Source of the DNA: Bacillota bacterium
Lineage (GTDB): Bacteria > Patescibacteriota > Patescibacteriia > Patescibacteriales > UBA12465
Assembly: GCA_050259635.1 (NCBI GenBank)
Contig: JBLNBA010000001.1
Location: 71,329-135,328, forward strand
Reading direction: 5' to 3'
DNA: 64,000 nucleotides
Position 1 is the stretch's first letter, and each line of letters begins with the position of its first letter. This document shows positions 59,667 through 64,000 of this stretch, piece by piece. Below the pieces are notes generated by a model. That model worked only from the letters and a program-made list of their open reading frames with translations. It did not search any database and was not told the DNA's origin. Both the position numbers and the translations under genes were made by a program.

Positions 59667-60808
59667 ATCTCCTTTGGATAAATTTCATTCATCTATATCA
59701 ACCGGCGAACAGTCCGGCGGAACGCATCGCGGAAGCGGTCGAGAAGAGCTATCTTCGCCTGACCCGTCTTTTAGAAGAACATCCCAATTTACATTTCACT
59801 GCCAATATCAGCGGCTGCCTCTTGGAAAGGCTCAATGAAGGGGGCTATGGCACTTTGCTTGAGCGCTGGAAGAAATTGATTGCGGACGGACGCTTGGAGA
59901 TCGTTGGTTCTGCGGCTTACCATGGATTTCTGCCTTTGCTTCCGGAAAGCGAAGTGCGCTACCAAATTAGGCGCCAAGAGGAAATCGTCAAGGAATTGTT
60001 GGGGGCAGATATCAGGAAGGGCGGATTTTTCCTGCCTGAGATGGCATATTCTTCGGAACTGGGTAAATTACTTGCTTCACTCGGTTACCGTTGGCTGATC
60101 CTAGATGCAGCATGTTTGCCAAAGGAGGCGCCGAAAGAGGAAATTTTTAAAGATCGCGATAGCGGCTTGATTGCCGTTATCCGGCAAAGGGAATATTCCA
60201 ATTCCTATGCCCCTGATCTTGTCGGAAGACTCTTGAAGGAGGGGAAGGCGCCGGAGTTGATGGTAACAGCTACGGACGCTGAGCTTTATGGCTTGAGACA
60301 CGAGGACCCTACGGCCGAACTTGAGAAGATGGCCGCTTTACCGCAGTTGAATACGGACACTATCAGCAATTTCCTAAAAGGGAAGGACGTGCCGGAGACA
60401 AAATTGCTTCCAGGAACTTGGGAGACGGATCGGCAGATTGATCGGAAGAATCCCTACGCCATTTGGGATGGCAACGGCCTGCAACACGATCTCTGGCGTT
60501 TAGCCGGAATCGCCCTGAAGGCCGGGAAGCGTTATGGGGCGGATGAGAACTTTTCCGCCTATCGCTGGCATTTGGATCGAGGATTGGCGAGCTGCATGTT
60601 CTGGTGGGCAAGCGGGCGGGATTTTTTCCACAGCATGGGACCGGTAGCCTGGAGCCCAGACGAGATCGAAGCGGGCCTTAACGATCTTGTCCGCTCGGTG
60701 AGATCGTTAAAGCATCCAGAGAGCCGCAAAGTAAAGCTGGCGACAGAAAGGATGGCGACACGTATCCGGGGAAAAATTTGGAGATTACATTGGCAAAAGC
60801 ATTTTTGA
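59663..60808 (+). CDS. glycoside hydrolase family 57 protein (short form)
   Basis: INFIHLYQP start, nucleophile region FFLPEMAY and acid/base region TATDAELYG. ATGA overlap with glgA. Confidence 0.65.
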   Translation: MNLLWINFIHLYQPANSPAERIAEAVEKSYLRLTRLLEEHPNLHFTANISGCLLERLNEGGYGTLLERWKKLIADGRLEIVGSAAYHGFLPLLPESEVRYQIRRQEEIVKELLGADIRKGGFFLPEMAYSSELGKLLASLGYRWLILDAACLPKEAPKEEIFKDRDSGLIAVIRQREYSNSYAPDLVGRLLKEGKAPELMVTATDAELYGLRHEDPTAELEKMAALPQLNTDTISNFLKGKDVPETKLLPGTWETDRQIDRKNPYAIWDGNGLQHDLWRLAGIALKAGKRYGADENFSAYRWHLDRGLASCMFWWASGRDFFHSMGPVAWSPDEIEAGLNDLVRSVRSLKHPESRKVKLATERMATRIRGKIWRLHWQKHF

Positions 60809-60819
60809 AATATCTATCT

Positions 60820-61869
60820 ATGAACAAGATCCTTGCGCTTTTCCAGGAGGAGGAAGTCCAAGCGCTGTTAGAAAGAGAACTGGCAAAGTCTCATCCGGAG
60901 ATCAAGCGGATTTTCGGGCTTGAGATCATGCCCTTTAAGAAGAATGTTTGGGAGACCACCTATCACGTAGTGATCGCTTACCACTTTTCCTATGCGACGG
61001 ACGAAGGCAGGGATGGGCGGATGATGGTCATATGTTCTGCCCACAGCGAAGAGCCAAGGGATAAGGCTTATGCCGTTTTGCAATACCTATGGAATAGTGA
61101 CCTGAATAAAGCGGAATACGGCGTGGCCCTGCCTGAGCCCCTTTTTTATTCCTCTGAGTATCGCGGCTTCTTCTACCGGGCAGTGGAAGGAAAAGATTTG
61201 CTTTATTTCATCAAGAAGGATGATCGTCCATCTGTGGAAGATTATCTGCGCCGGACCGCGGTATTATTTTCTCTTCTCCACGCTTTGCCCATTCCGGCCG
61301 ATACGGGGATCTTTAGTATGGATAATCGCCGTTTGGAAACCGTCGTTCCCGGGAGAACGCGGGCCATTGCGGAGATCAGGAAACGTTATCCGAAGGAAAG
61401 TTACGCCGATGATTTGGATGCTTTTTATACCCGCTGCGAAGCGGAAGAGGATAGCTTCTTTTCATCAACCGAAAAACGCTGGCTTATCCACGGTGATGCC
61501 CATCCTGAGAATATCATTGCCGCCGGTGATAGGATCGGACTCATCGATTTTACTGATTTTTGTCCGGCAGACTTTGCCCGTGACCTTGGCGCCTTCATGC
61601 AGCAGGTCGAGTATAAGATTATCCGCAATCTGGGAGACGAAGGATATGGAAAGCGGATGAAACATCTCTTTCTGGAATCATATTTGCAGGCTTCCGGCCT
61701 GGTATTCGATGACGTTCTGCAAAGGAGGCTTGATACTTATTTTTATTTTACCGCTTCAAGGAGCGCCTGTTTTTGGCTTTTAAAATATAATAGTGAGCCT
61801 CAGAAAGCGGCCGCCGCCATTGAACGGCTCAAAGCCAGGCTGGCCGCGGGAATGCATGCTCAGGATTGA
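60820..61869 (+). CDS. APH/choline-kinase-fold phosphotransferase
   Basis: Catalytic loop LIHGDAHPENII and metal-binding GLIDFTDF. ATG 60820 is preferred. Confidence 0.7.
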   Translation: MNKILALFQEEEVQALLERELAKSHPEIKRIFGLEIMPFKKNVWETTYHVVIAYHFSYATDEGRDGRMMVICSAHSEEPRDKAYAVLQYLWNSDLNKAEYGVALPEPLFYSSEYRGFFYRAVEGKDLLYFIKKDDRPSVEDYLRRTAVLFSLLHALPIPADTGIFSMDNRRLETVVPGRTRAIAEIRKRYPKESYADDLDAFYTRCEAEEDSFFSSTEKRWLIHGDAHPENIIAAGDRIGLIDFTDFCPADFARDLGAFMQQVEYKIIRNLGDEGYGKRMKHLFLESYLQASGLVFDDVLQRRLDTYFYFTASRSACFWLLKYNSEPQKAAAAIERLKARLAAGMHAQD

Positions 61870-61870
61870 T

Positions 61871-62896
61871 ATGAAGATCGCTCATATCCATGTCTGGGAT
61901 AAGACTAATAAAGGTGACTTAGGGATAGTCTTAGCTGTGCAAGAGATCTTGCTTTCACGCTTCCCGGGCGTGATCATTGAGGATTTTCCTATTGAAGTAC
62001 TCAAGGAGTATGACAAGGGGGAGGCAGAGCGTCTTAATTCCGCCGACCTTATCATCATGGGAGGGGGTGGCTTGTTCTATCGCTATTTCCTGCCTTTCAG
62101 CTCGCAGATGATTGCCGCTCTGCATAAGCCGTTCGTAATCTTCGGTGTGGGCTATATCCGGGAAGTCGGCGCTCCGGCCCTGACAAGGACCGAGCGGGAC
62201 TCTATTATCGCCCTTGCGGAGCGTGCAGACCTGCTGGGCGTGCGTGAGAATTACACGAAGCGCTTTTTGGTAAAATATGGCTTGCCGTCAGAGAAGGTAA
62301 AGGTTATCGGAGACCCAGCCTTGCTTCTCTCCGAGAGTGAAGGCGCGGCTTTGTCCGCCGGAGTAAAGATCGGTTTCAATCTGAATTATTCTGGTTGGCT
62401 TGGTTTCGGCTCCTGGCGTGATGATATCCTAGATGCCTATCGTGAGACCGCGCAATATTTTCAGCAGAAGTATGGTGCGAACATATATTATCTGAAACAT
62501 CATCCGGGCGAGGACAAGATTTATCCGGAACTGGGAATTAACAACTTGACAGTGATCGACGAAGAGCCGCATAAGCAAAAAGGGCAGTATGGCAAGTTGG
62601 ATTTAGTAATCGGGATGATGCTCCATTCCTGTGTCATGGCCGCGGGCGCGCTTACGCCGGAAATCAATGTCGCGTATGATCTTCGCAACCGAAATTTCGC
62701 GCGTTTCTTGGGGATCCCGGAAGCCATTGTGGAACTGCCGCAACTGAGAGGCGGGGTACTTCTAAAACGAGCTAAGCATTTTTATAGCCATCAGGAGGAA
62801 TATCGCCGGAAGCTAGAAGTTTTTAAGCGGCAAGTCACTCGGCGCACCTCCGGTTTCTTGGACGAAATTCAAGAAATCTGCAAAGAAAAAATATGA
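61871..62896 (+). CDS. polysaccharide pyruvyl transferase family protein
   Basis: N-terminal NKGDLGI, then IIMGGGGLF, GVRENYT and VIGDPALL, the PS_pyruv_trans pattern. ATG lies 1 nt after the previous stop. Confidence 0.6.
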   Translation: MKIAHIHVWDKTNKGDLGIVLAVQEILLSRFPGVIIEDFPIEVLKEYDKGEAERLNSADLIIMGGGGLFYRYFLPFSSQMIAALHKPFVIFGVGYIREVGAPALTRTERDSIIALAERADLLGVRENYTKRFLVKYGLPSEKVKVIGDPALLLSESEGAALSAGVKIGFNLNYSGWLGFGSWRDDILDAYRETAQYFQQKYGANIYYLKHHPGEDKIYPELGINNLTVIDEEPHKQKGQYGKLDLVIGMMLHSCVMAAGALTPEINVAYDLRNRNFARFLGIPEAIVELPQLRGGVLLKRAKHFYSHQEEYRRKLEVFKRQVTRRTSGFLDEIQEICKEKI

Positions 62897-63900
62897 ACCC
62901 TTCAAAATCAGCCGGCTCATTGCCGGTCTTAGCCGCCTTTGCCGGGAATGCCATCGTCTGCATATCTAAGACTTTGGGTTTTTTCGTCTCCGGTTCGAGC
63001 GCGATGTTTTCTGAAGCGGTCCATAGCTTTGCGGATACGGCAAACCAGTCTCTGCTTCTGATCGGGCTTAAGCGTTCCCATATCGCGCCTTCTCTTGAGT
63101 ATCCCTACGGGCACGGGCGGGAGCGTTATATCTGGGCGCTTATTTCTGCTTGCGGCATTTTCTTTATTGGCGCGGGTGTCACCGTCTATCATGGGATTGA
63201 CGCCTTCTGGCATCCTTCTACCTTCCGTTTCAGCTTTTGGCCGATCCTGATCCTTATCGCTTCCTTTATTATCGAGAGCTTCACTCTTGGTCTGGCTTTC
63301 CGTGAACTCAGGAAAAGCCATCCAGGAAAACGTTGGCGGAAGATTCTAAGAGAAGCTGATCCTACCACTTTGGCCGTAATCTATGAAGATGGTTTGGCGG
63401 TCTTTGGCGTCTTGGTTGCCTTGTCCGCTTATCTCCTTTCTGAATTTACCGGCAATAATTTTTGGGATGCTGCCGGTTCCGTCTTGATCGGCGCCTTATT
63501 AGGAGTGGCGGCGATAATCCTGATAGACAAGAATCGGCACTATCTGGTTACCACCTCCATCCCCGCCGAAGTGGAACAGGGAGTGAAGAAGATCCTGATG
63601 TCTGACCCCGCGATTGAGAAGGTATTGGATTTCAAATCCGCCGTTTTAGACGTCGATAAATACTTGGTTAAGTGCGATGTTGAGTTTAATGCGGCCGTTC
63701 TTATCCAAAATCTGGAGAAGAATCGTTTTTTGGCTAACGAGTTCAAAGAGATTAAGGACGATTATGAAGAGTACATGAAGTTTTGCGTCGATTATATGGA
63801 TCGTGTCCCTCGACTGGTTGGCCGTAAGATCGATGACATCGAAAAGAAGATTACTGTCGCCTATCCAAAGGTAGTATTCATCGACATTGAGATCAACTAG
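62893..63900 (+). CDS. cation diffusion facilitator (CDF) family metal efflux protein
   Basis: SAMFSEAVHSFADTANQ in TM2, six TM helices and a C-terminal cytoplasmic domain. ATGA overlap with the upstream gene. Confidence 0.8.
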   Translation: MNPSKSAGSLPVLAAFAGNAIVCISKTLGFFVSGSSAMFSEAVHSFADTANQSLLLIGLKRSHIAPSLEYPYGHGRERYIWALISACGIFFIGAGVTVYHGIDAFWHPSTFRFSFWPILILIASFIIESFTLGLAFRELRKSHPGKRWRKILREADPTTLAVIYEDGLAVFGVLVALSAYLLSEFTGNNFWDAAGSVLIGALLGVAAIILIDKNRHYLVTTSIPAEVEQGVKKILMSDPAIEKVLDFKSAVLDVDKYLVKCDVEFNAAVLIQNLEKNRFLANEFKEIKDDYEEYMKFCVDYMDRVPRLVGRKIDDIEKKITVAYPKVVFIDIEIN

Positions 63901-63943
63901 GGCTTTTTGTGCACTCTGCTGGTCTTTGGTATAATTAACTGAT

Positions 63944-64000
63944 ATGGGAAAGAAAAAGAAAAACAACGGTAATCCACTGGAAAACATGCCTGATTTTCAC
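63944..64000 (+). CDS. 5' end of an unidentified gene (runs off the window)
   Basis: ATG 63944 is preceded by TGGTATAAT (extended -10). Opens MGKKKKNNGNPLENMPDFH with no stop before the window end. Confidence 0.25.
   Translation, partial: MGKKKKNNGNPLENMPDFH

Overview
The window reads as core chromosome from a small-genome bacterium. Most genes are translation, RNA-turnover, replication or cell-envelope functions, packed tightly with many 1-4 nt gaps or overlaps. Gene content and style suggest a Patescibacteria/CPR-like organism, but that is inference only: a 23S-5S pair with no 16S nearby, a VirB2-like mini-pilin, an orphan PilT, an H+-pyrophosphatase, few Shine-Dalgarno sequences, and many sigma70-type TTGACA-17-TATAAT promoters. 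Supported features are about 60 protein genes, 23S and 5S rRNA, tmRNA directly after smpB, and 10 tRNAs in four clusters, none with an encoded CCA. I also mapped a set of intrinsic terminators and near-consensus promoters. I found no CRISPR array, transposase, integrase, prophage or recognisable defence system. The most interesting items are: (1) an 854-aa fusion of a PP-loop ATP-pyrophosphatase-like domain to MurD, sitting between polA and holA, possibly a fused MurL/MurD2-type route to D-Glu in peptidoglycan. (2) A LysM/M23 peptidase whose frame stays open for 78 codons upstream of its first canonical start, right up to its promoter. (3) A 23S rRNA with a minimised L1-stalk helix and two expansion hairpins. 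(4) Two promoter/terminator-delimited units with no assigned product, at 51.25-51.56 kb and 21.32-21.47 kb. (5) An atypical initiator tRNA. (6) An NYN nuclease gene inserted between rpsO and pnp. (7) A translationally coupled glgA-GH57-kinase-pyruvyltransferase block. All family calls rest on motifs read by eye. No database search or folding program was run.
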